NCBI GenBank assembly: GCA_004022145.1
Contig: RCNU01000004.1
DNA from: Paecilomyces variotii
Lineage: Eukaryota
Length of the DNA: 64,000 nt
Direction: 5' to 3' (one strand)
In this document: piece by piece, positions 1 to 12,290 of the stretch
Position numbering within the stretch: the stretch's first letter is position 1
How the letters are laid out: every line of letters begins with the position of its first letter
The notes under the pieces: model-generated
What the model was told of the DNA's origin: nothing
Databases searched by the model: none
The model's input: the letters and a program-made list of their open reading frames with translations, nothing else
Made by a program: the position numbers and the translations under genes

Positions 1-735
1 CCCCGATTGTAGGCAGGCTATAGTATATGGACTCACCCCTCTTATATGTATATTCGTAATCTGAAACAGCAGCTCCAAAGGCAAGTCTTTTCACATGGCG
101 TTGATCAGATAATCTGATGGAAAGCGAAGACATCCCAGAAGAGAGTGGTAGAAAGGGGATTATCAGAAACCCAAATATAGAGAGTTTATTGGATACCGCT
201 GTTACCAATCGTTACTGTGATTAGATGTTGGTGTAATTGGAAACTCTCGGCCTCAGTTTAATACTTTGTAAGGGCTCCTGGTTCATAGTTTGGCGTGTCT
301 ACCTAGAGGCTAGATCGTGTACGGAAGGGGGCTCGGATCCCTAGCATCCAGACTTTCTACACCCGTGGTTTGCCAGTTGGCCTGACTGATCCGTGCTCGT
401 CATGATAGGAATCATTGCTTGATTACCTGCTGTGTTAAACACTCTAACTCATCTCTGAAACAAGCCGCGACGTTGGTGCATCTCAATGGATACCAAATGA
501 CCACAACCGTACCTTGGTCACATTGCAAATAGAATGAATACGCTGGTAATCATAGAACGTCTGAACTGTTGGCTTCGGAACCTTCAAGGAGCTACTACAA
601 CAGTCTGCTACAAAAAGAACAGGTATTCGTAGAGAGTACAAAGGAGCAACGCGTTCTATTCTATATCTATATCTAAAATTGATTATATGCACGCCGTGCA
701 AACAGATCTCATTACAGATCTCATTAACCGTCCAA

Positions 736-1936
736 CTATTGTTCGTTGACCAGAACGTAACGGAATCGGGCCTTGCCCTCCTCCATATCGACGATCGCCT
801 TATTAGCGTCCTTCATCGGGATCTCCTCGATCCATGGCTTGATGTTGTGCTCCGCAACAAGCTTGTACATGTCCCGAATATCCGCAGGGCTGCCAATTCC
901 GGATCCTCCCAGCTTAGCACCGCGCAGCAGTTTGAAGACAGGGACAGAAAGAGCACCATCATCCGGAAGACCGACCTGGATGAAGGTGCCATTGGTGGCA
1001 AGAAGTTCGAGGTAGTCTTCCAACGGCATCTGTACCACATGTTAGCGTGCAAAGTAATAGTACGGAGCGGGTTTCACTTTAGCGAACCTTTGCCGACGAG
1101 ACAGTGCAAATAATGAGGTCAAGGCTACGCGAGTGCTTCTTAGACCAGTCCGCGTCCTCTGCCGTGGCGATGTACTCGTCCGCGCCCAACTTGAGGGCAT
1201 CCGCCTTCTTGTCAGCCTTGCGCGAGATCGCAACGACCTTGTCTGCTCCCATGGCCTTGGCAAACAAGACACCAAAGTGACCGAGTCCGCCAACACCGAT
1301 AATGCCAACCCTCTTTCCTGGACCACAGCCGTTCTCCTTTAGAGGGCTATACACGGTGACACCACCGCACAACATAGGGGCAGCATCTGCCGACGGGATT
1401 GAGTCGGGGATCTTGATGACGAAGTGCGAAGGGCATCGGTTGTACAAGGCATATCCACCATAGGACTTGCCGCCGTTCAAGTGTATGCCATTGTAGGTTC
1501 CGACTTTGTGCTTGTTGCAGTAATGCTCCAGTCCCATAGCACATTCAGGGCAGTCACCCAAGCGTCCGCGGCAAGAGTCGCTCTGAGCGCCAACACCCAC
1601 GCGGTCGCCAACCTTGATACCGCCCTCCGCCTTGGAACCGACACGGACAGCGATACCGACAAGCTCGTGACCAACGCAGCATGGGTACTTTGCTGGACCC
1701 TGTACGATGGTCAGTTTTATTTGCTATTAAGCCACCCTTTGATCTCTTGATGGGCTTACCCAGCCGCTTCTCAATGTGTGCAGATCTGACCCGCAGATTC
1801 CACAGTGGGTTATCTTGATATCGACATCTGTCTCTTCCCATGCTTTCGGCTCAAATTCCTGCCAGACCATTTTGCCGTCGGCCGAGCTCTGGTCAAGGCC
1901 CATCCAGCCCTCGAACTTGTAGTCTGTCTGCGCCAT
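736..1936 (-). CDS. Zn-dependent medium-chain alcohol dehydrogenase (cinnamyl-alcohol DH/Adh6-like), 3 exons
   Basis: ORF pieces 1727-1936, 1079-1600 and 736-1038 join through two GT-AG introns; motifs CGICGSDLH, GHE, structural-Zn cysteines, GVGGLGH Rossmann motif, C-terminal ARFRYVL. Confidence 0.93.
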
Positions 1937-2364
1937 GATGATAGCCGGTAGGTGTATTGTAGGAAGAGAGAAAGATGACGATAGCTAGTGATCAGGTAGT
2001 TGTTCAAAGACTCCCTTCTTACTCCCAATTATATATATGTTCAACTCCCAGGCACAAACATGTTAATCAGAACTTTCAGGTCTCCATCTTTGTGGGCCAT
2101 GGTTCAGGAAATGCGGAGCGGGCTTAAGATTTCATGTTCCGCCGTTTCAGAGTTTTTGGCGATAAGACTTTTTTGTGGCGACGCTCGGATGCATCTTTCA
2201 CGACATATCAGGCACCTTCCATGGAGATGTCCAAGAAAAGATTCAATCTAGCTGCCCCGATTGACTTGGATATAACCAGCTTGACATCCTTAAGAGACGT
2301 AATTGTCTGTATCTGTGGTATGGTTCGAGACTGCATCTCTCAACCTTTAGGCTTCTCCGCCACG

Positions 2365-2700
2365 TTAGAACCTAACTCCGGGGAATCTCAAACTGCAAAT
2401 TTTGCGTTTCAAGGGAACGTTTCCAGAAAGAGCGTAAATACGATCCTTGCTATCGGAGCTGCAAAGCGTTTGCGGCTTCATATATCCGACATTCAACATA
2501 TCAAGAGGGCCACAACACATCTCACCGATAACAGACTCGGATGGGTCAGTCTTATTTCGGCCAGTCAGGTTCCAATCCCCAGCCACGCCGAACTGTTTCA
2601 ATCCCACTTTTCTCTTCCTGGAACTCATTCAGCCACATATAGAAACGGGTGTCGGCCGAAAAATTTTTCTGCGGTAGATCGAGCAACAATGATGCCGATA
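2365..2700 (-). pseudogene. Possible decayed HET-domain protein fragment
   Basis: Translation contains LCSSDSKDRIYALSG, resembling the xxDPRDKIYALLG motif of fungal HET proteins; no intact gene around it. Confidence 0.25.
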
Positions 2701-3737
2701 TGCCCTCCACTTATCTCCATTATCTCCATTCTTCGTGATTTGTAAAAGAACGGCAGTTATTTGGTCCGGTTCGGTAGTTGTGTTCGGAACTTCGCGAGGT
2801 TATCCGACCAAACCGTGATACTGGTATCGGTAGACGTAGTAGTGCCATGAAAAAGCGGTCAATATGCTTCATTGCCCCATAACAAAGTGCATGTGTGCTA
2901 CCCATTCAGATGCTTCGAGCTGGTTTGATGTTCATCAATGGTCGCATATTATGATGGAACACTGTGCATCGGATCCACTAAGCTCTTCTAGTCAGTTAGA
3001 TCGTTAAGGACAGCATCTTGCGAGCTTTGAATTTCAGCTTGATCGGTAGAGAATAGAAAATTGGATAAGGGCTGATTTTATATGGATTTTGTTCCCCAAA
3101 GGTCCTCATCCTCGTCCTCCAAGTATTGAGGGGAGATTCTCGCGAGGTCCTCACGCGGCGTGAAGCTCCAAGAGCTTCTTGGCCGCTCAGTCCCTAATTC
3201 AGTGGATATCTCTGCACTTATTGTTTTTGTCTTTCGCGAAGCATGCATCGTTATAGTGCACATTATGTGATGGTGTTCTCTGATCAAAAGATATTATTAT
3301 TCAACTCGTGAGTAGCTTATTCCTTGAAAGGGCCGAGGAGAATGTTGTTTCAACGGATTGGATGCTTGTCAATTTTCTTTGTTCCCGTGTTTCTTGACAC
3401 CCTGCGCTGAAGTAATGCAAATCCAAACAACAGAATTCACGTGTCTCAGTAAGTCTGCCGTGGAGATTGCAAGCAGATAATCCGGATTTGGATAATAAGA
3501 TATATGATGCTTTCGACAGAGACATCTGAGAGTAGAGTATTTCCCCAAGGCTGTTTATCGGAGTATAGAATCATGCATATGATATTAAGAAAGAGGTAGC
3601 TGGTCGATTCAGGCTTCCAGTATACATACATTCAGATCGCAGATGATCATTCATTTGGCTAGACAAAGAACCGGGAAGCTGTCAATTCAAGGATAATTTC
3701 CAGACTAAATACAACTTCTTTAACGATTTCGGGAGAC

Positions 3738-4265
3738 TTATCGGGTCATGCGCTTTGGAAACAAGCCCAGCTTTTTCACAACACGCTGAGTTGTCACAAA
3801 ATCCTTTCCAGAATCGATCCACACCGCACCGATAAGAGCTTCGGTTGTTGAGGCCAAGGTTGTTCGGGCGTCTTCTCCGCGTTGGGAAGGATTTCGAATC
3901 AGATAATCCTGAAACCGACGGGCCTTGGCTGTTTCACTTAATTTGTCGTTTGAACCATATTCTTCGAGGAGCTTGTTCGCCGTCGCTATTGATACCGCTT
4001 AGCAAAAACCGTGAGTGGACTTTTGAAAAGCCAAAGACAAGCAGCAGATACCTGTGCTCGTTCCACTTGGGAACCACTCATCTGCAACTATAAGACGCAG
4101 TACTGCATCACCAACGAATGCGAGCCGTTTGTTTCCTTCCAATGACACATGCGTATCTTTCACTGCGCTCGAAGCACCTGCTGCTACGAATCCCTCCTTG
4201 AGAATGTCCAAATCTTTGAATTGATATCCGATCGAGTCCTCAAGACACCTTCTGTGGGATAGCAT
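3738..4265 (-). CDS. Stand-alone RNase III-domain protein (~153 aa, 2 exons; intron 3986-4051)
   Basis: Exon 1 LEDSIGYQFKD...GNKRLAFVGDAVL; GTATCT...GCTAAG...TAG intron joins in frame to exon 2 ...SNDKL...LASTTEALIGAVWIDSG; both RNase III signature segments present. Confidence 0.85.
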
Positions 4266-4973
4266 CGTTGCATCCCGTTGGACAGGCGGTAGGTAAAAGC
4301 TATCTTCTAGCAACCTGGACACAGGATGGCAAGGGAATCGCGTTGAGATTGCCAGCACATCCCGTTCTAGAAGCTTTCCATCTGTTTTTAAGTTAGAACC
4401 CCGCGATCCTTCACGCGCCAACGTCTTGGCTTTCAGTATGAGGATGCTTGCCCTCATTATTAGTGCTTTTGTTCCCATCAGAATCGAGAACTCCTGCTTG
4501 TATTGCCTTTGCGCTTCCTTCTCGGATCTTTGCAGTGCTCCGCCCTGCTGCTTTGACAGTCGGATACAGTCGTTGTCTCATACGGGAAAAGGACACTGGT
4601 GCTTGGATGATCGAGACACACCTAAAGAAGCAGGTTTCCTTGAGTGATGCAATGTCTCTGCTGAGGTGAGACGGAGAATCGCTAGGCGGAGTTGCGGGGT
4701 GAAGTCGCTGGCACGGCATCTCGACAAGGGTCGTACTACTCTAGAACAGCTGAACCTGTGTCACCCGTAAACATCGCACAAAGGGGAATGTCTTACAAAC
4801 AGACCGTTCCCCGGAATCGTCCTGAGTCTTGGTACTTCGAAAGACATAAACGGTCAGAATCAAAGGAGAATTCGCTGGACAATATATAGAGCTTAACACA
4901 TCTGCCACAGACTGTACGATTGCGACTTGCTCATTCTGACTGTTTCTCAATCTTCCAATCTCTTCTGTCCACA

Positions 4974-6011
4974 ATGAAGGAGTATATCATTCTCTTCTTC
5001 GCCATCTTTTCGATTTTCGGGACAATTAGAGCCTCATCGAGGTCTCCTGGATGTGGCATGCCTATTCCAAACAACGAATCTCCCGGGAATTTCACCTATG
5101 TAGCTCTTTTCATGACAAGTGACAACGTCCCACGATCTTACATCATAAATATTCCGTCTGGTTACGATACAGAGAAGCCAGCACCGCTGATATTTTCATT
5201 CCATGGACGTGGAAAAACTGCCTATTCCCAGCTGCTTCTTTCTGAATTCTACAATGAGACATGGAACCCAGATGCTATCTCGGTTTATCCGCAGGGTCTA
5301 AAGGTACGTGTCTGTACCTGCCACGCTAGCTATTGCTTTTCCAGTATTGACTAATTGCTCTAGGGTTCCGAGGGTGAGACCCAATGGCAAGGGGACCCAA
5401 ACTCCGTCGGTGTCAACGATGTGGGCTTCGTTCTGGATATGATCAACAACTTTTCACAGAATTACTGCCTTGATACAGACCGCATCTTCGCTTCCGGCAA
5501 GTCTAATGGAGGAGGTTTCACGGGACTTCTCGCCTGTGATGAGACCGCATCGAAGCAGATTGCAGCATTCGCTCCCGTATCCGGAGCGTTCTATCAACCT
5601 CTGAGCGAAAACGGCACTTGTGATGCAGCTGACACCCCCATAAAATGCAATCCGGCAGCACGCAAGATTCCTGTTATTGAGTTTCATGGCGATGCAGATG
5701 ACACAATCCCATATAACGGCGGTGAACGTCGTGGAGAGTGTCTGCCAACTATCCCACATTGGGCTAGGGAGTGGTCGACGAGAGATGGGTATGGACCAAA
5801 GAGCGACTTGACCAGCTCATTTGATAATCACGTTTTGAAGTACGAGTATGGATACTCTGAGGGGTCTTTGGGTATGGTGACGCATTACCTGATAAGGGGA
5901 CTGGGTCATGCTTGGCCAAGCACACAGCCAAATTCGGACAACCCCAATGGGACGTACATTAACGCGACACCGTTGATCCTGGATTTCTTCTCTAAATGGC
6001 CGCTACACTAG
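4974..6011 (+). CDS. Secreted alpha/beta-hydrolase esterase (CE1 feruloyl esterase/PHB depolymerase-like), intron 5304-5363
   Basis: Signal peptide MKEYIILFFAIFSIFG, PLIFSFHG oxyanion segment, GKSNGGG nucleophile elbow, HGDADD and GLGHAWP. Confidence 0.88.
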
Positions 6012-6518
6012 CACCAGACGGATCACGGGTGTGGATGACTGGACTGCCCTATATTAATAAGGCATTACACATTGTCCGGAGTGCCTCACTATTCATGACC
6101 AAGATGCTATTCCATAGTTACGCATTCGTCAATTTAGTTATATAGACGCATAGAGGATTCTCGGAATATCGTTTCTCTTATCTGATCAAATAAAACCTGA
6201 GTGGGATATTGCAACCGCAAAGAAGAAACAGTCTAAACATAAACCTCACCCGCCCTCCCTCGCCTGACGAACTCTCGGGTGCACCAACAATGCCATCAAG
6301 GCATACAATTGGAGCCCCAAGCCTTGCTGAAATACAGTCTCGGGAATCGTCGTCGCTATACATTTGGCACACGACCCTTCTGGCTTCTTGTTGAGGAAGG
6401 GGCATCCGTTCATCTGGAAATCTTCGAAGACAGAAACGTAGGATTTCGGTCCTTTTATCTGATCTGTATCTATCTTGCAAACTGATCACACTGAATTAAC
6501 ACAGTTGTTACAGTCTAT

Positions 6519-7554
6519 CTAGACTTGTGCAAGCTCAATGGTCACTGCAAGTAGTATAGTCGCAAGCGATTCCATCTCCGCAGCGATCCCAGTGTCCCAC
6601 GGACCGTATCTATTCATCTCAATGAAGGCATTTGGCGATAAGACCCGAATATTCTTGTCTGTCAGGTAGTCAACATAGTCATGATGAAACTCGGCAAATG
6701 TGATAAAGATCTGCGATTCATTCTGCGACAATAGCAGCCGGCTAAATTTCAGTTTGTTAGCTGGCTTTTGAGAAAGATATACAATAATCCCCTAAAAAAA
6801 CTCACAAGTGACATTTATCCGGAGTCGCTGGACGTGCCGGTGGATCACAAACGATCCATGCGACTAACTCCGCTACCTCCTGCATTAATGGTATGAAGAC
6901 TTTCCTTCGAGGTTTCCTCTTGACCTCAGCAATAGCGCTAACTACCTTTCCAGAATGAGTCCGAAGCTGCCCGTCAGTTAATGCTTCGTAACTTCCGTTA
7001 CCAAATACCGCCACGAAATCTGCAGGTTCGAGGTACCACTCAGCATCTATATTTGGTGCCAGATGTGTGATTGTTTGCAGTAGAACTATGAACGCCGCGT
7101 TTACCGTGATCTCGTTAGGGTATGATTTCTTGCCAGGGAAATGCGTGGCATGTTCTTGCAGCTCTCGAACGGTCTTGAACGAACCAGGCCAGTCGGCATC
7201 CATTTCCGTGAGGGACTTCATTTGGGTCCCCTTCCCAATTGCCCGTACATATTTGCGAAACTCGAATGAAGTACCAGTCAGAGAAACTGCTGTTTCCCAG
7301 GAGCTTTCTGATACATAGCGATGGAGAGGTAACAGTGCTGTATCTATCGTCTCTGGACAAGCAGCACGAAACATGGCAAACTGCTTCTCTGTCACTTCTG
7401 ACCCCGACTTCAGAAAATCATTGGGAAGGTCGTGTAAAGTTTTATTGGCCAGGTTCGCTTTGGTGATAAGCTCATTGATCTGCGTCTGATCCCTGGGGAT
7501 GAAAAACCCCTCCACTTTATGAGGAGGGGGTGTGCTCTGGGGCTTCCTCGGCAT
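6519..7554 (-). CDS. Uncharacterised fungal protein with PD-(D/E)XK-like motif, 2 exons (intron 6742-6805)
   Basis: ORFs 6802-7689 and 6519-6731 join in frame via GTGAGT...GCTAAC...TAG; motif ALTDGQL...AIAEVKR...MQEVAELVAW. Confidence 0.75.
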
Positions 7555-8327
7555 TTTCACGACCTTGAATAAGGAATAATACTCAAATGAGAATTTTGTA
7601 TCTGCGTATTGAAGAAGGATAGTCTGTGGTTGCAGGATAAATGTTACGTTCAAAGACGATTCATTAAAAGCTGCGTTCGAACAACACAAACTGTGTTTAC
7701 AGACCGTTTACTCTCGTGTACACCCTACTATAAATGCCGGCAGCTATACTTCTAAGATATGCTGAGATATATCACTTGAAATCTTTGAGAGTTTTATAGA
7801 CACAGCAAAAAGGCAGTTATGTCTGTTCCTTTAGATCTTTCCCTATACTGGTCACTAATAGCGGAGTCATTGTTGGCTATGCTGAATATGCATATATCTG
7901 GTTGGTTTTAAGCTTGCCTTTATGGGACAACTAAGATTAATCCTAGCAGCAATCTTGCAATAAGCAAGATACCTTCTGCTGATACTTTGTACACACATAC
8001 TAGGTAGTTAGTCGTTTCCTTATGTATTAGAATATAAGCTTCATAATATGTGTCCTAGTTCAACATACATAAGAATTATAATTATAGTAATGCATTCTTA
8101 TTTATACCATATTAGAATCTAAGAAACATATGAAAACTCAATTCGGTACACGTCTGCCTGTAACATTAGTGACCTTTTGAACGTTATTGTTTTTGCTTGT
8201 CTCTTCACTACTGTGTTTTTTACTCGTTTGTTCTCCATCCAAGGCACACCTGAAATAGCCTCCAATTCTAGATATGGTAAAAACTTTGTTAACCGTTCTG
8301 TGATTTCTATAGGAATTGGAAACTTCA

Positions 8328-9501
8328 TCATTTGTCTGCCTGGAGCTGGCTTTCTGTGATTACTGGCCCTGTAGCTGTTTGCTGGGTATCGCCAACCACC
8401 TGACTTGTCATGTAGCGTAAGAAAAGGCTCGTGTTTTCCCTAAATTCCTGCAATGTCGAGAAATCGTAGAGCTTGCTCTTCCGTATGATCAGCATTCTGT
8501 CACTTGTATGAGCCTGCAGAATCCTGCCCTTCCTCCCCATGAAAGAAAATATCATCACCTGGATAGGAGAACCAACTATTAGCATTGCAGAAAATGGGGC
8601 GCAGCTATAGGGAAAGGAATAAAATGTCTCAAGATTCTCTATGGAAGAATAGAGAGACGAAGGATATCAAGTTACATACCGGGATGATACTGTGTTCGGC
8701 AAAGTCATCACATCGACGCCTCGTGATCATTACTGCGATAATTGCGAGCAATTCTCCGCGCAGCAAGCATTCGTCTTTGCCTTCAAAGCGATGTGCAATG
8801 GTGAACATCACGTGTGGAGCTCCCTCTCGGTCATACCATGCGTGCCGTGGTTCCCGCCTACTCGGGTAAAAAGTAGTATACTCGAATTCTTCATCGATCA
8901 GATCTCCGAATCCACTAAATATAAAACAAGACACCTTAGCTATTAACGTATAACACCCCAGAGGTTGGTTATCTTACGTTGGATTCCACTTTGTAACAGC
9001 AAACTGGAGGCTAGCCTTTCCTTGGCCCTTTGCTCGCCAACTGTAACTGAAATTTGATGTCAACCAGGTGCTGAGAAACCCTGCGCCGTTAAATAGATCA
9101 TCCGTCAATCTCTCCGAAGATAGCCAAGCATTCTCGTGGGCTTGTATTGTTTCCATAACTTCAGTGAAATCCGGGCTAATGGGGTATTCTTCAAATAACA
9201 GAGAGGAGCATGGCTGGAAAAAGCATGTTGTTGAATGCTTTGAGAGATCATCAATTTCTTCGAGCATGAAGTCTGCGCATTCAATAGGGAACTCGATCAG
9301 ATTTTCCATCAGGAAGTAGCCATAGCCATCATCATCTTCTTCAAGCGTTTTGTATAGGCTAGTGAGGCTCTCGAGAACTCTTTTGCGTACTGTTTCGCGA
9401 TCATCCGTCCTAGCAAGAACTGAAGGTCTTTCTTTTTTTGGCTTCCTGCGAAGTGACAGATTGATATTCGACAGCTTTCTGGTGAGAGACTTGTAATCCA
9501 T
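8328..9501 (-). CDS. Uncharacterised Eurotiomycete-type protein (~329 aa, 3 exons; introns 8915-8977, 8559-8679)
   Basis: Three ORF pieces splice in frame with canonical GT-AG introns; conserved-looking C-terminal block LLRGELLAIIAVM...PVMIFSFMG...RILQAH...SKLYDF. Confidence 0.75.
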
Positions 9502-9736
9502 TTCAAGGTGTCTCTGAAATTTTGTTTTTGAGGCAGAGGAGAAAGTTGTGATCGACGCGGAAACGATGACATTTTCAACAAGGTCCAGTGACTGAGGACG
9601 CGAATATGTGCTAGTCCCAAAGTTACCATGGGTCGAAGGAGAATAATGCGTATGTACTCTTCTGCTTTACTCTAATGAATAAACAGGATCTGAGATCACT
9701 TTGATAAATTCTTCAGTACACTACAACGTTTCCAAG

Positions 9737-10480
9737 TTGACTGTTCATCAAGATATCGGGGCGCATCTTTCCCCTGGAAGATTTTTGGCACGATCAAATT
9801 ACCCACTGACCATCCAACCAATATCAACGTCATTGCGAGTCATCGTGATGCCTTTTCTTGTTCTGACCAGCAATGCGTTATCATATTGTCTTCTGCGTTA
9901 AACGATTGAGTGCAGTAGAAGGCAATCAGCGTCCCAGCTGCATTCGAAGAAATAGGGGTCACTATCAGGATAACGATTGTTCCAGCCATTACAGGAATAG
10001 CCAATAACCTAGATCCCATTAGCCAGTACATATATCGTATTTGAGCTTGGAACCCTACGATCATGATCAAACACGATTGCTGGAACTTCGGTGTAGCCCG
10101 CGCAGAACTGACCATCCATATGATAGTCCATGGATTTATGTACATAATGTGCCACCGTAGAAAGCAACTCAAGGAAAAGCAATGACATTTCGCCAGTTGT
10201 CTAGGATCCTTCCCAACCTGTAGATGGATTCTAGTGTGTTATCATTAGATTGGAGAAGACGCAGAGGCCACTAATGACCAAAGTTTGCGACAATGCTGAG
10301 AGCAACACAGCACCAAACGAACGGATCTGTGAGCGCTTCGATGATCCGATACTGTTTGTACTGTTTATTCTTGATTCCAGTTTCATCGTGTCGAACTCTC
10401 CCGACCATGAGCATTATTCGGTCCTCTTCACCAAAACATTTGGCCGACAATGGACCGTCGGCATAGTAAGTAATATACAT
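9737..10480 (-). pseudogene. Truncated, frameshifted MFS allantoate permease (Dal5-like) relic
   Basis: Fragments RVRHDETGIKNKQYK..EALTDPFVW, LVISGLCVFSNL, IAGQNKK, GNLIVPKIFQGKDAPRY in shifting frames; N-terminal half absent. Confidence 0.85.
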
Positions 10481-10513
10481 CCAATCTCAAAATTCAAACA
10501 CAAAAACATATAT

Positions 10514-10527
10514 AAAAAAAATCAAAA
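10514..10527 (-). terminator. Pol III oligo-T terminator of the 5S gene
   Basis: A-runs on the plus strand (T-runs on minus) immediately 3' of the 5S coding sequence. Confidence 0.75.
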
Positions 10528-10646
10528 ACATACAACAGCAGGGATTCGCTGGTGGTCACCCACCCAACTACTAACCTGCCGGCGTGTGGCTTAAGTACGG
10601 CTGAGCGGACGGGAAGCCCTGTTTTCCACACCCTATGGTCGTATGT
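10528..10646 (-). rRNA. Dispersed 5S rRNA gene (119 nt)
   Basis: Reverse complement reads ACATACGACCATAGGGTGTGGAAAACAGGGCTTCCCGTCCGCTCAGCCGTACTTAAGCCACACGCCGGCAGGTTAGTAGTTGGGTGGGTGACCACCAGCGAATCCCTGCTGTTGTATGT; complementary ends, full length. Confidence 0.98.
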
Positions 10647-10670
10647 GCTTGATTTACACTGGGGCAGAAT

Positions 10671-10676
10671 TATATT
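10671..10676 (-). promoter_or_regulatory. TATA-like element about 25-30 nt upstream of the 5S gene
   Basis: AATATA on the minus strand at the position known for dispersed fungal 5S genes. Confidence 0.55.
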
Positions 10677-10849
10677 TCAATCCTACATGAGATGCTTCCA
10701 TGTCTTTCTCTGGGCCGTTTACCGAGTCATGTACATAGGTACTCATGTTCTAGGCAGCCCTTAAGAGTTTTATAGACGGAGGCGGTTCGACCAAGCGAGA
10801 TATGAAATGCAACGGCATTGCAAGAGCACCTTAGGTACGCTTGCGATAC

Positions 10850-12290
10850 TCATGGCAAGAATCTCTTCGGATTCCACCTCCATAGAATGACCCAGCCCCC
10901 AAGAAGCGAGGAAAGCCCTGTAAATACAATAAGAGGCCCGTAAGAGGTCCCATAACCAAAACGCTGGCTGGCCGATAGAGTTCCAGCGTTTAGTAGTTTC
11001 ACACCTGCAATCCCTCCGCTTGCATATCCGATTCCTCTGACACCATTAAGCAGACCGTATATCATACCAGGATCAATAGCCTCGTTTCTCTCGGCAGACT
11101 CGCGCTCCATCTGTTTGAGCATCCCTCCCCAGGTAGCGCTATAGCCGCCGGAGAAGAAACCAAATGTCATGGAGAAGACTATGAGAAGGGCGATATCGCC
11201 CTGCGTAGTCAAGCCCCATAGAAGGAAGGTGACAACGGCGGAGCAGATAGGTGGAATAGCGGATACGGACTGGGCTGAAAGAGGGATTCGCTTATTGTCG
11301 CTCAGCCATCCAAAGAAGGAAGAAGCAATAATGCCGGGCGCATTGAAGAGAGCCAGCATCAGGGTGCCTGACGTCTGAGACAACAAGAGGGCGACTCGGG
11401 CGTAGGTGCTCAAATACGTCTGCGGAATACCATAACCAGAGCTTTGGAAGATAATGGCGATGCTGTAGAAGTAGATAGATCGGCATCTTAGGAATTGCCA
11501 CGGAATTTTGCGCGCTCGAGTTGCATGGATCGAGAGTTTCGAAGGGTGGGTTGGTATCAAGAAGATAGCAAGGATACTCGTTCCACCAACGATCGCTGTC
11601 CAGGCTTTCAGAGCAGTCTGATAGCCATAGGCATCAATAAAAGCTCGAAGCATAAATGGGCAGCTGGTGCCGACGATGTTCTTGCAAGACAGGACAATTC
11701 CGTATGCCAAAGCACGGTTGCTGGTAGTATACCACTCTCCGAGAGACAGCGTAGTTGGGCTATAGATGAGGGTACACCCCAGCGCAGATGCGATGCCCTG
11801 GGTCGCGAGCAAGTGCCAGATGGTAGTGCTGTAAGAGGACAGAAAGAAACTGGCGCATGCGATCACAGTGCCACAAAGAGCAGCAAGCTGGCGCCGATGA
11901 GCCCATCGTCTGGTGAATAGCGCGAATAGCAGGGGCATAGATAGGTACATAACACCATTAGCGGTCGTGCCAATGACGCCAGTGATGTTGCGGTCTCCTT
12001 CCAACGTCCAGTTGTCGAAGTAATATTCCTGGAATACACCGTAGCTCATAGCAAAGCCTGGACATACATAAGTAACGTTACAATCAAGATGTGTGGTTAA
12101 ACGTACCCCATATTGGGAGCTGGAGTATGCCAGAGCCTATGAGTACGCACAGCTTTGTCCTTTTCGATTCTATCTGCCTCGAATCAATCTGCCCCGCATC
12201 GGCGACACTTTGTTCGACGTCGAAAGCATCTCGCTCACCACTAGCCGACATCCGCGACACTGGAAGAGCGAATTCCTCAGTCTCTCTCAT
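10850..12290 (-). CDS. MFS transporter, monocarboxylate permease-like (intron 12058-12106)
   Basis: About 12 hydrophobic segments; WGFAMSYGVFQEYY, GEWY...RALAYG, FGWLSD. Confidence 0.88.

Noticed and set aside
120-480. Possible transposon remnant at window start
   Set aside because: No recognisable protein motif, terminal repeat or second copy
2134-2745. 203-aa plus-strand ORF
   Set aside because: No recognisable domain; probably the antisense shadow of a minus-strand relic
8119-8331. F-box-like start (PIEITERLTKFLPY)
   Set aside because: Short ORF running into AT-rich sequence; motif too weak
10528-10646. 5S gene as an occupied Starship target site
   Set aside because: The gene is complete and no split 5S half was found elsewhere in the window
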